Of a stretch of DNA of 64,000 nt, positions 13,143 to 25,449 are shown one piece after another. Each line of letters begins with the position of its first letter. The first letter of the stretch is position 1. The notes below the pieces were generated by a model. The model was given only the letters and a program-made list of their open reading frames with translations. It had not been told where the DNA came from and did no database searches. The translations under genes were made by a program, and so were the position numbers. Location: contig OZ024743.1 of assembly GCA_964016885.1 (NCBI GenBank), positions 278,442,001 to 278,506,000 of the forward strand, in the 5' to 3' direction. This DNA is from Eledone cirrhosa (Eukaryota).

Positions 13143-15307
13143 TTACCGTACTTTTCGTAGAGGAGGGATGGTTTTTCCATCCTTTTTCACTTGATCGTCT
13201 GGTGACGGGACCGTTGAATCGTCCCATCGGCTGGTCGTCGGCTCTTCTATGAGTATGTTCGAATATACTCTTCGGTTGAGTGTCCCTCCTAGGTCTCTGA
13301 AATCACCAACTGAGTTGGGGAATTTCGTTTTTATGTTTGTGTATTGTTTCTGTGCTATTTTTAGCAGTCTTATGTTAGTTGGCGTTTTGATTGGTGCTGG
13401 TATTATGTAGTCGTGTTGTGAAATGTCTGTGTGTTCAATTATGTAAGTCATTAGTTTCTTGTTGTGTGTATTTATTATCGTGCATTTGTTTTTCTGGGGG
13501 ATGGGGTGTGGTTCTGCTATTTTCTTGTCGTTGTTGCTGGGTGTGTGTGTTTTTTTGTTGTGTTTGCGATGTTGGTGCTTGTGGTGGTGGTGTTGAAGGT
13601 GTTGTTGGCGGTGGGGTTGTCGCCGGTGGTGATGGTGGTGCTAGTGTGGGTGGTGATGGTGTTGGTGGTGTTGCTGCTGTGAGTCTCTTTGCAGTAGTCT
13701 TTACCCTTTTTTCAATTTCTTTCCTCCCTTTTCAAAGGCGACGAGGCGCTGCTTATGTGTTTGTGCCTTCTTACGACCTTTTGCCATCCCTCTCCCACCT
13801 CACACTCTATGTCTGATTCTGTGAGGTCGGGGAGGGGTACCAGCTCCTCTCTTTCACTTGTTGTTGTTGGTGATGTTTGCACTGGAGTCTCTGTTGCAGC
13901 TGCATTTGGTATTGCTGTTGTTGTTGTTAATACTTCCACTGCTGCTGCTGTTTTTGATTTCCGTGGCGTGGGTATGGGTGCCACGGACCTATCGTTCCTG
14001 GTTGCCGCTTGTCCTGTTGCTGGTAGCCGTGAAGCCGGTTTCGGAAGGAGGGGGGTTTTCTCCTTTCTCAGGGTCTTCTCGTTGCAGAAGGCCCTGAGGT
14101 GAGTCTTCGATCCACAGCGAAAGCATTTCGGGCGTTTGCCCTCAACACTTATGGGCAGTTGAGTGCCGTTATCGAAGTCTATCACATCCGGGATAGCTTC
14201 GATGCACTCCTGGTTGGTTTGGATTAACATCTCAATGGAGGTGCCGACCCAATCTTCTCTTACTTTTTTCTGTACTTGCAGTACAGTTGTTTTGTCCTCG
14301 ATTCCGACGAGGACAGACGCGGCCAGCCAAGAAGGGGCCATCCAGGGGGGTGGGGGGACGTGGGTCAGTTTGACCCTCACAAATTTTTGCCCGCAGTAGG
14401 AGTGCACTAACACCATTTCCTGGCTCCTTAGGGTCACTAGGGATTGAGCCTTTGCCTCCTGGGGTGTGGCAAAAAGTACGTCCACGGTGGCATATTTCTT
14501 GCCTCGTGTGATGTGCGTTTTCCGCTGCCACACAGACCCCAAGTCTTTTTGTATTTGAGCCTCTGTGGCTCTTTCAACCCTACGGGATTTTGTACTTACT
14601 GTACGGTACGTGACCGTACAGTGCTGTTGGGTTTCGAAAAATTTTTCCGCTGCCTTGCAGATTGCTCGGTGTCCAGTTTTTGTCACCATCTTCTTCATTT
14701 CCTCTAATTCCTCATTTGTTATGAGGATGATTTCCAGGTTCTTTTCGATACCTGCAAACGAGATTGGTTTTTCTTTGCTGCTGTTGTTGTTGTTGTTGTC
14801 GTCAGAGCTGCTGTTACTTTTGTTGTTGCTGCAGGTACTACGACTACTGCCGCCGCCGCTGTTGCTGTGGTTGTTGTTGTTGTTGCTGCTGCTGCTGTTG
14901 TTGTTGCTGCTAATGCTGTTGTTGTTTATGCTGCTGCTGATGGTGTTGCGGCTGCTACTGTTGTTTTCCTTGTCACTGTTGCTGCTGTTATTACGGCTGC
15001 TACTGCTATTATTCCTGACGTCAGACGAATGAAATGGGTTTTTGTATTTCCCGCACACCTTTTTCGTCGTTGTCGTCGTCGTCGTGGAGAAATCTTGCTC
15101 GCTTTGCACGTGATTTTTCTTTTCTGGCGTCGCTTGCGAAAGAGAAGGGAGGGAGAGAGACACATTTAGTGAAGGGAGGGACTGAGACAATCTTCTCTCT
15201 GCTGTAGTGACGATTGAGGAAGAAGAAGACGGAATGAGTGGGAGTGACCTATGAAAATTCTTTTTCGTAGCCTTGTTGTTTTTTTGTTTGAAATAAATAT
15301 TGGGCAC
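13143..15307 (-). pseudogene. ORF1 (gag-like, single CCHC knuckle), frameshifted before its C-terminal domain
   Basis: 531 aa ORF with CFRCGSKTHLRAFC; 13143-13451 is homologous to the in-frame C-terminus of copy 2 ORF1. Confidence 0.85.
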
Positions 15308-15519
15308 AAAACCCCAATAGGCGGTTATTTAACCCCGAAGGGCCAAATAACGGGCAGAAAGACCCCTCTCACGAGGAGGAGGGTGTTTTTGTCTACAAGT
15401 TGGTTAAAGTTTTAAAGAATTTACAATTGTTATAGCGGTTAAAATTTACAATAACTTACATGGCCGAGCCTCCGTCAACCATAGCATTCAATAATAATAA
15501 TAATAATAATAATAATAAT

Positions 15520-15588
15520 TGTGGACCATGTTGTCTCTTGAGGTCACTGGCTGTGACTTGGTGAACATAAGGCAAGATAAATGCAGCT

Positions 15589-15589
<1 letters not shown>
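15520..15589 (+). mobile_element. 70 bp 3' stub of the Dong/R4 element, embedded in (TAA)n
   Basis: Matches the reverse complement of 37984-38065 (GTTGTCTCTTGAGGTCACTGG..GCAAGATAAATGCA.CTG); TAA repeats on both sides. Confidence 0.85.
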
Positions 15590-15653
<64 letters not shown>

Positions 15654-15655
<2 letters not shown>

Positions 15656-17698
15656 TTTCTTTATTGACCACAAGGGCTGACATCAAGAAAAACATTACAG
15701 ACGGCACAGGACGGTAGAGGATGGTACGATGTGGGCTTTGTGCGTGTAAAGATTTTTTTTATTTAAGAAAAGAAAAAGGACATCGAAACATATATATTTA
15801 TATATATATAAACAATAAAAATGAAAATTGAAACAATGAAAAATTCCCCAATAGGGGGGGGAGCCTCCGAGGGTTTCTCGTGGCGAAAACCTCACAAAAG
15901 ACCACGGCCACCTTGACCACCAGGGCAAGCGCCCTCTCTCAATTTTTCCATTTCTCAAACTACAGGCTTATATTCAGAGCGGTCCCGTTCACTCGGACCA
16001 TTCTCGTTACATTCACCCACCTTTCAACAAACTTGCTAGAAGGCAGCACTTGCCTCTCCACCCTGATTTTCCTCTTCAAGTGAAACCTAAAAAAGTTAAT
16101 TAGGGATTCGCCGAAGAGGAAAGTATCTGTCTTTAACCCTTTCAACCTTGTCCACCACACAATCTCTTTCGCCATGGCCACCGGGGAGATGAAAACCGCT
16201 TGCCCTTCCTCCTCGAAGGAAGACGGCGAGACCATCTGCACAATGGACTCAGTCGATAACCAGATTAGTCCTACACGCGACAGCAACTGTTCGACATAGC
16301 TGCACAAGTTAGCAATGCTCGGACACTGAACGAGTGCGTGCACGACGGTTTCGTCGCTCTGCGCGCATCTCGGACAGGCTCGACTGCCGACGCTTCGGCG
16401 CCTGTAGAGGTTATCTCGAACCGGCAACGCTCCCGGTAGCACTGCCATGCCAGGGATTTTTGGAAGTTATCCATAGGCCCTGGGCTGAAAGTTCTCCGGA
16501 AGAGAGCAAACAGCTGATCTTCTTCGACGCCCAGGATCTCTCCGAGAACGTCGTCGCCCTTCCCTTCCACTAGTCCTCTATAGAATACAGAGATGGATGT
16601 TCCACCGATACTGGTGCCCAGCTGGCAGATGGCAGTGAGCGCCTGGAGACGTTCCAGTTTCCAAGCGCTATCCATGGCATCCATGCCCAGTCCTCCACGC
16701 AACAGGTGTTGACAGCAGATGGATCGTCTGACCATGGGAGTGAGTACCTTCCATAACATGTGGAAGAGAGGCGCTCCATTTTTGTGAGAGTTGGGCCGTG
16801 GCAAGGGACGACGGTGAGCCGGCAACAGATGACGGATGCGATGTACGCATTCGCTACCTCCACCCGGCCTTTCAGGGACAGCTTCCTCTCGGCCCATTTC
16901 TGGGTGAGGGAGGCCACCCTCCTCGTCCATCGCTCCAGTTTTTCTCCATCTGGAGGTCCGGTCCGAACCAGACCCCGAGCAATTTAACCGGTCCGTCCGT
17001 CCAACGCCCCACGACGCTGCCGGACGGCATGGACTTGCCTCTCCAGGTGCCGAGCTGCAAGCCCACCGACTTTTCCTTGTTAATCTTTGCTCCTGTCACC
17101 GCTTCGTATTCCTTGAGTGCAGTGCCGAGCATCTGGACGTGTCTGGTGCTCGACACCACCATGGTGATGTCGTTGGCGTAAGCCGACTCGGATTTCCCGC
17201 ATCCTAGTTCGCGTGTACGCGCCTCATTGCCCCCAGTTTGTGCAGTAACGGCTAGAGAGCCAATACGTACAAGAGGGACGAGAGGGGACAACCCTGTCTG
17301 ACCGCGCGCATGATGGTGAACGGCTGCGACAGGTGAACGTTCACCCTTACAACTCAGCAGATGTCGCTGTACATCGCAGCGATCCAACCCCAGAAAACGG
17401 GCCCGAAACCGGCTGCTTCGAGGACCGCCGCCAAGTACCGATGGTCGACCCTATCGAATGCTTTGGATTGATCCAAGTTGATCAGGGCCCCACCCATGTC
17501 AGGTTCCTTAACCACCCTCTCTCTGATGTATCGCATGAGATGGAGGTTGTCGTGTATTGATCTGTCTGGAATGGCGCATCCCACTTGTTCGGGTCTTTTC
17601 TCAGCAGCGCCACTGCTCCCCGCCTCACAAAACCGGGAATGCTCCCGTTTTGCTGCCAGTTGCAGTAGACGTCTGCCAAAAGGTCACCGAACAAGTCT
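15654..17698 (-). mobile_element. 5'-truncated Tx1 LINE, subfamily B
   Basis: RT and zinc-finger fragments (DQSKAFDRVDH, AYAND, CPRCAQSD); 3'UTR matches 43340-43647; followed by (ATT)n. Confidence 0.9.
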
Positions 17699-17795
17699 AT
17701 ATTGTTTTCCGAAAAGGACACCCAAAAAGATTGGGGCCTTGTGCCCAAAATTTAAACATTTATAATTATCAAAAAAATTTCTTTGAAAAAAAAAC

Positions 17796-19655
17796 ATGGA
17801 AGTCTCACAGCCACACGAAGCTCAGAGCCTTCCTCATAAACTAACACCTCAAACCGACACCACCATTGTAAATATTACTACGTTTGCCAACACAAAAAAT
17901 TTAAGCAGTAGCAATATTTTAAATTTGTCTCAGGCAGACATTCATTTCCCGCCATTACCAATGACTGCAGGTGTTAAAGCCGCCACCACCACCACCGCGA
18001 CAACTCCCCCCCACCGCGACCCCCCCCCCCCCACCACCGCGACAACAGAAACAAAAGAAAAAAATAAATTAACTCGTGATGTCGAAATGAATTCAACCAA
18101 AATGGACTCCTCCACACCGAACACAACTGACGTCACCACCACCATAACTGAAACTAAAATTAATAATAAGAAAAATAACGATAACAACAACAGCAACAAT
18201 GCCATTAAAAAAAACCACCCTGAGTTTTGCCAGAGTAGCAAAACAGAGCGAAGCATTTCAGGTAACTCAGGAGGAATTAGAAAATGCCAAAAAAATGGTA
18301 AAGAAAGATGGGTACAGGGTCAGCCCCCCCCCACACCTAATAAAATGGAGCATCGGCGCCTATGCACCGTGTTGTATCGAACAATTAATGTAAAATCGCG
18401 TCGAGTGGAACGGGCATCCGAGTCCCAAATCCCAAAAGCTTTGGGACATGTGTGGGCAAGAAAAACCCACATCAGACGTGGGCAGAAGTATGGAACCGTG
18501 AACGTGTTCATTGAAACACCAGAAGAGGCTAGAGAACACTCCATGGCCCCATTAAGAAGTGACGACTTCACACTCGTCCTAAGCTATTGTGGCCAGAGAC
18601 TCGTAAAGATCAGGGTGATCCACGTTCAACCGGCCATCGAAATTCCCTGGCTAATAGCGGCCGTCCTCGCCGGCATCGAAGCCAACACCAAGATAATAGC
18701 AATAGCAAAAGAAAAGCAGGAGAACTGGTCCGGATCTGGGATGGAGCTCCTGATCCAAGCGGAACAAAAAAGAATTGAGGAGATACCAGAAGTAATACAT
18801 CTCACTGACGGCAGCCACCTCACCGTATTTGTCGAGGGCAGAAGGCCTAGGTGTGTCGTTTGTGGTGAAGGAACCCACCTAAGGGCTTTCTGCCCTCAGG
18901 CTAAAATGTTGAGGCCACCTCTCCTACCCACCCCAGTGACTCAACGATCAACACCACCAGTAGCAGAGATGGCAGCGCCTACACCATCCACCACGCCACA
19001 ACCAAAACTAACGCCTGTGGAGGATTTTCCACTCCCCGGCCTATGACAACTGGAGACAGATTGTAACGACGAGGAGTGGGAAACAGTATCAGGAAAAAAG
19101 AAAAAAAGAAACCAAAAAAGAAAAAATTCTCTTCCTTCCCCCTCAAAAAACAAAATACAGAGGGAAACAAATAAGTTAACAAACAAAAAAGTTAGGACAG
19201 ATATGCCACCATCCACACCAGCATCACCAACCCCATCACCCCAAACACCAACACCCTCATTAACCCCAACACCACCATCACCTACACCACAAAAGTCACC
19301 AAAATGCGAAACAGAAACAAACCCACAACAAACGCAAACAAAACAAAACAACCAAAACGATACACACTACACAGCATTAAATTTCAACAACCAATTATTA
19401 CACTACATCCAACACAACACCAGCATCACAGAAAAAGACTACACAACAACCCAAAAATTCACACCACCTCCACACATACAAATCACTCGCATCACACAGA
19501 AAACGTACATGACACTAAAACAAAATTTCCCCAAAGACATCGGAGACTTCCGACAAGCACTCTCCAGGAGGATTTATAAGGACATCCTTCCTGAGGAGGC
19601 CACAAGCAGTGAAAAGGATGGAAAAACCGTCCTTCCTCTACGAGAAGTAAGGTAA
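17796..19655 (+). pseudogene. Tx1 ORF1 with frameshifts and a premature stop at 19044
   Basis: CVVCGEGTHLRAFC knuckle; the frame continues past TGA 19044 (TCA in copy 4) to 19655. Confidence 0.85.
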
Positions 19656-19689
19656 GTGGTCTTTCCCATCTTTTCCACTCCATTTCAAC

Positions 19690-22600
19690 ATGACCTCACT
19701 CAGAATAGGCAGCATAAATGCGCGTGGCTTTGGGTCGTCATGGAAGCAGGGCCACCTGCTCAACGACCTCAGGTCACTAAACATAGATATAGTGGCCATC
19801 AGCGAGACCAGAATCTCCGAAGCACGGGCCTTCGCACCGATCTTTGGCGGCTACGATGTGTACGCATCTCCCAGCCGTCCGGGATCGGGGGGTGTAGTTG
19901 CTGTGCTGTTTCGGAGAGGTTTGGATCTTGCCATACGGGCCATCTTCCTGGACCCAGAGGGTAAGTTGGTGGTGCTGGACGTGACCAGCGGAGACGGGCA
20001 AGTTTTCAGGCCAGTGGCCGTCTATGCCCCGACAGGAGCAGGGCGGCCTGATTTCTTCCGGTGTCTGGAGACCTTTCTTGGAAGGTCCCGCTCTTTAATG
20101 TTAGTGGGCGACTGGAACGGGATCTTAGATGCACGCTGGGACTGTGTGGGATTAGCGGATAGGGGTGGAGGGTGCAAGAGCCTCACCAACCTGCTCAGGC
20201 GTTTTGAACTGTCTGACAGGTACCGATTGGATTTCCCGAATGTGCCAATGTGGACTTGGACAAATCGCATAGGGTCAACCAGATCATATCTAGATAGAGT
20301 ATTTTGTAGGGAAATAGATAGGTCTAGCATAGGCTGTCCACAATTCAAGATAGTCAGCTACATGGACCACAAATTCGTGATCTGTGTGCTTGACTTAGAT
20401 AGGCTTCATAGACGAGGACCCGGCTACTGGAAGCTAAACGCGTCCTTACCAGCGCGCAAGGCCTACAGAGACCGGATTAGCGAACTAGTTAAGCGCGTGT
20501 TGACGGGGGCTATCGTCAACAAGAAGTGGTGGTTTGCTCTGAAAAGAGCAATTAGAATAGAGTATATTAGGTTTAGTAAGGCTTTAGAAATAGAGAAAAA
20601 TAGAGCAGAGGGAGAATTAGTTAGAAAATTAGACGAGGCGCTTAAAAAGGCATCGCGACCGGCGTACTTGCTGCGAAATTGGGCCTTGACCAATTCTTCA
20701 ATGCAAAGAACGAAGGCTGCGTTGTCAGAGCTAGGGTGCGTGATCTCAGACACGAGGGGACGAAAGCCGTTCAATGGGCCCGAGTGGCGGAGGCGCGTCG
20801 TGGCAACAAAGCCACGATCGGGTCTTTGGTGGACCACGACGGGCGCATGCTACTCGATCCCGGGCAAATGTGTGAAGCTTTTCAGCGACACTTCACTCAA
20901 CTGTTCGAGGGCAGCGGCGGGCCGGATTGAGGGATGGACTTTAGTGTCTACCTCGACGGACTGCCGCGGCTACCGGCCACATAGAGGGAGTGTTGCGAAA
21001 AGCCGATAACAGCCGCTGAAGTACGGGAGACAATGACTGGCTGCACAAGGAGTAAATCGCCTGGTTTGGATGGTCTGCTCTATGAACTTTACGTACAAAT
21101 GCCAGACTTGTTCAGAGGCCTCTTGGCGGACGTCTACTGCAACTGGCAACAGAACAGGAGAATTCCCAGCTCTGTGAGCCGAGGAGCGGTGGCGCTGCTG
21201 AGAAAGGATCCGAACAAGGGGGATAACATAGATAATTTCGATAGGTTCGACCATCGTTACCTAGCGGCAGTCCTGAGGGCCGCTGGCTTTGGGCCCGTCT
21301 TCAGAGGCTGGATCCCTGCCATGCACAGCGACATCTGCTCTGTGGTGAGAGTGAACGGTCACCTTTTGGAACCGTTCAACATCATGCGCTCGGTCCGCCA
21401 AGGATGTCCCCTCTCGTCCCTCTTGTACGTATTGACTCTCGAGCCTTTACTGCACAAACTGGAGACGTTGAGGGGGTCCCGCGCGAACTAGGATGCAGAA
21501 GATCCGTGTCAGCATATGCGGACAATGTCACCGTAGTGGTGTCGAACTCCAAACACATCGAGGTGATCGGCACTACACTAAGAGAATACGAAGGGAAGCG
21601 ATGACAGGAGCAATGATCAACCAGGAAAAGTTAGTGGGCCTGAAGCTCGGCACCTGGAGAGGAAGGTCCATGCCGTCCAACAGAGTCGTCGGGCGCTGGA
21701 CGGACGGACCGGTTACATTGCTAGGGGTCTGGTTCGGTCCGGACCTCCAGACGGACAGAAACTGGGACGAGGTGACGAGAAGAGTGGCTTCTCTCGTCCA
21801 GAAATGGGCCGAGAAGAAGCTATCCCTGAAAGGTCGAGCGGAGGTGGCTAACGCGTACAACGCGTCCGTCATCTACTACCGCCTGACCGTCGTACCTTGT
21901 CCTTAACCCCGCCTGACTGCGCTGGAGCGTTTGCTCTTTCGGTTTTTGTGGAAGGGACGCGCTCCGATGGTCAGGCGGTCTATCTGCTGTCAACACCCGC
22001 TACGTGGAGGGCTGGGCATGCCGTGGCTGATCATGCGCAGACACGCGCTCAGGCTGCGACATTTCCACCTCTTCCTCGACGGTGCTCAGGTGTGGTCGCC
22101 GTTTGCTAGACACGTTTTTGCCCAGCTCGTCTCCTTGACGGAGCCGCAGTCCTGGGTCAAGCGAAGACCGAGAGGGAGCGCTTGGAGACTGGAATGTCTT
22201 CAGGCGCTCACAGCCCTCGACCAATCGGGCAATGTGATCGGTGGAAACTCCACCTTGGCGTTCTTTAGAGGATTAGCGGAGGGGAAGAGTGACGACGTAC
22301 TTGGAGAAACTCTAGGCGTCGACGAAAATCAACTAGCCAATCTCTTCGGAAGGACTTTTGGGCCGGGGCCTATGGACAACTTCCAGAAATCCCTGGCCTG
22401 GCAGTGCTACCGGGGAGCTTTGCCAGTTCGGGATAAACTCTATAGGCATGGAGGTGCCGTCAGCCGGGCATGTCCGAGATGCGCGCAGGGCGACGAAACC
22501 GTCCTGCACGCACTCGTCCAGTGTCCAAGCATTGCTGACTTGTGGGTTTATGTCGAAGATCTGCTGTCACGTGTAGGACGGATCCAGCTATCAGCTGAGT

Positions 22601-22887
22601 CCATCGTGAGGATTGCCCCGCCCTCTTCTTTTAGCCGGGAAGGGCAGGCAGTTTTTATCTGTCTGGTGGCCATGGCGAAATAGATAGTATGGTGGACACG
22701 TTTGAAAGGGCTGAAGACGAGCACTTACCTCTACGGTGATACCCTGATTAACTTTTTCAAATTTCATTTGAAAAGGAAAATCAGGGTAGAGAGGGAAGTG
22801 CTCTCTTCCCAGCATTTTGTTGAAAGATGGGTGAGAGAAGCAAGTATGGCCCGAGTGAATGGGCCTACTCTGAGTATGTGGCTGTAA
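19690..22887 (+). pseudogene. Tx1 ORF2 APE-RT, disrupted
   Basis: MTSLRIGSINARG, GDWN, YLDR, MDHK; RT motifs split by frameshifts and stops. Confidence 0.92.
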
Positions 22888-23130
22888 ATTAAAGGTGGCA
22901 AACTGGGAGAGGGCACTTGCTCTGGTGGTCAGGGTCACTGTGGTCTTTTAATTGGCTTTCTCCACAAATGTCCCTCGGAAGTCTCCCCCCTATTGAGGAA
23001 TTTTTCTTTGTTATTTTATTACATCCTCTGTTTTCTTTACACGCAGAAATGCCCATTTGTACCGTCCTGTATTGTCATGTACTATCCTTAATGTCGACTT
23101 TATGTAAACCCTTGTGGTTAATAAAGAAAA

Positions 23131-23193
<63 letters not shown>

Positions 23194-23299
23194 CATAATT
23201 CACTTTGTATTTGTAATAATTAAGAATGAATAATGAAGCCTTATTAATATGGTTGATCACGACCACCAGCCGAGAAAACAATATATTTACACCAATGAA

Positions 23300-25000
23300 G
23301 GTTAAACTATTGAAATCGAACAAGAAAAAGAAATATCCAACCCCAAATCGCTACAATATCACCAAAAATCTAAGTGCTTGAGATAAATCAACAAGGAAAA
23401 GCGCATCATGAGGAAGGTAGAAATAGGAAACGATCAAAGAAATGAGACTCCAACAAATCAACGACCGTCAATGTCTCAAACCAAGAAACAACAGAATGCC
23501 AATGAAACTATCAAAGTTTTTATCAGACCATACACAAGATTAGAGCCGCAATGGGGAGGAACCAGAACTTAACAGAGGTTAATCTATTTGTATATGCTAC
23601 AGTATCAGTAATAACAAAAATAATGGATAAAAACATCTAAGCAAAATCCCCAAAGATAAAGGACACAACTAAAGAAGAAAGACAAGATCGAGAAAGAGAT
23701 CAAATATTTACATGGTGACCTAAGCCTTCCGTGTGAAATAGAAAATGGGAACATGTCAGAAATAGAAAGAGGACTCAACTCAAAATCTCAGCAGCATGAA
23801 ATTGACTGATATAGCAGAAAAAAAAAAAAGAAATATTAATACAAAAGATCTAAGCAAAAGAAAGTAAAAAATGAAGCAACCAACTAAAAAAGTGAAAAAG
23901 ACCTCAAAAAAGAAGCACATTGGATCGCAAAACAGCAGGAGCAAATTAAAAACAAGGGTCGTTATAAATAGTCAGATATCAACATTGCTGAGACCACAAA
24001 TGCTATCGAGGAGAGTAGGAATAGTACTCAAGACATCACCAATAGCAACAAACCTATTTGAAACCAAAATAAACTGGCTATACTTGTAGTAAAGTATAGA
24101 TTCAAAATAAGGGCAATGAGTGAAATTAAACTGCTAGATATCATAAAAAGGAAACTGCTGACAGATATTAACAGAATTTACCTAGCAAGAATAGAGGGCA
24201 GTCGAGGTTTGGTATAACTCGATCTAACCTACAAAACAACCCCCATAGACTTAGACACTAACGTCTCAACATTACAACTCTCTCTTCAAACGACGTGAAA
24301 GCAAGAAGAAGCTACACGCAATCAGGAAAGAACCGGAAGAATGCCCACAAGAACGCAATATCAATGAATTTACACCAAATGAATACATTGCATCAACACC
24401 ATTTGTCGGTAAAATAAAAGCTAATTAACAAATAAGAGTGAAAATGTGAAGAAAATATTGTGCAAGGAAAATACGCACAATACGTAATGAGCCAGATGTT
24501 GAACAAGAACAAACAAATTGTCTTGAATGTAATGATTAAAAAAATCATTGGACGCAAGACAAAGTCAAAAGAATTTATCAGCACCACTTAAGGCTATACC
24601 TGTATCACGTCCTCAAAGATGGCGCAGTTAGGATATGTGGGACCTATGAGTAAATCATCGACCAGGTTATCTATGGTTACGCAATACAGAAAAACATGAA
24701 TATATTCGCCACCACACAAGACAGTGTCTCACGTACACTGAAAGGTTGTCGGGAGAATAATATCAATGTTCCTATGCACTCTCTATTTGAATATATATTT
24801 ATACTTAAAATAAGGGCTGCACAGAACAAAGACAACGGAAAATATAAGGGAAAGATAGAAAGTCACATCTACTTAGTCAACCTCTGGGAATGACTAAGGT
24901 CTGAGCGCATTAAGGTTGACAGCGTTCATTCCAGTGCACTTTGGGACATAAAAAACAGGTAGATACATGTTATGCGTTTAGGCAAGTTACACAAATATAG
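23300..25000 (+). mobile_element. Highly decayed Dong/R4-like LINE relic
   Basis: About 24174-24215 reads RIYLARIEGSRGLV, compare RMYLPRKEGGHGLI in the copy at 38722-39810; a YMDDLK-like remnant near 23708. Confidence 0.45.
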
Positions 25001-25209
25001 AAAAAGCATCCCAAGTGCGTCAGCAGACAAAGAAAAGATAGAACAGAGCGTGAGGGCTAATCAAAGGAGTAAAATATAGAAAGGAGAGTAATAGTAAAAC
25101 AGATGAGAATAATATGGACCGTAGTCCAACGTAAAGACAAAGACGAATGACACTAAGGTGTAGAAAAGGTAATGAGGGACAATAGAGGAAGTCAAATTGG
25201 GCGGTTTCA

Positions 25210-25246
<37 letters not shown>

Positions 25247-25404
25247 ATACTTTGGGAGGGTCATGTTGCCAATAAGAAACACACGCACAAGTTACTTTCA
25301 CTTCAATTTATTATATATTTATAAATTTATAAATTTACAAATCTACAAATTTATAAATTTCTGGTTGGTTGGTTGGTTCCACAACCAGATAGTTGTTTAT
25401 ATAT

Positions 25405-25449
25405 AGTCATAGTCCTTTCGTCACACACTCTGTGACCTCTTCAGTGACT
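25405..25449 (-). ncRNA. Type I minimal hammerhead ribozyme in the PLE pLTR
   Basis: AGTCA-CTGAAGA-G-GTCACA gagtg TGTGAC-GAAA-GGAC-TA-TGACT. Confidence 0.82.

Larger units (their letters stand above)
9461..15489 (-). mobile_element. Full-length Tx1/L1-clade LINE, copy 1 (subfamily A ORF2, variant ORF1)
   Basis: ORF1 with CCHC knuckle; ORF2 APE-RT-zinc finger; (AAT)n at both ends (9415-9460, 15490-15519). Confidence 0.93.
17699..23131 (+). mobile_element. Near full-length Tx1 LINE, copy 2 (subfamily A)
   Basis: ORF1+ORF2; lacks about the first 115 bp seen in copy 4; internal RT deletion near 21239; (ATT)n tail 23132-23195. Confidence 0.93.

Noticed and set aside
13143-13451. A separate third ORF, or programmed frameshift, between ORF1 and ORF2
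   Set aside because: In copy 2 the homologous segment is in frame with ORF1; breaks in the other copies are best explained as indels
14565-15032. Leu-rich antisense ORFs over Tx1 ORF1 and ORF2
   Set aside because: Shadow frames of low-complexity or GC-rich coding sequence
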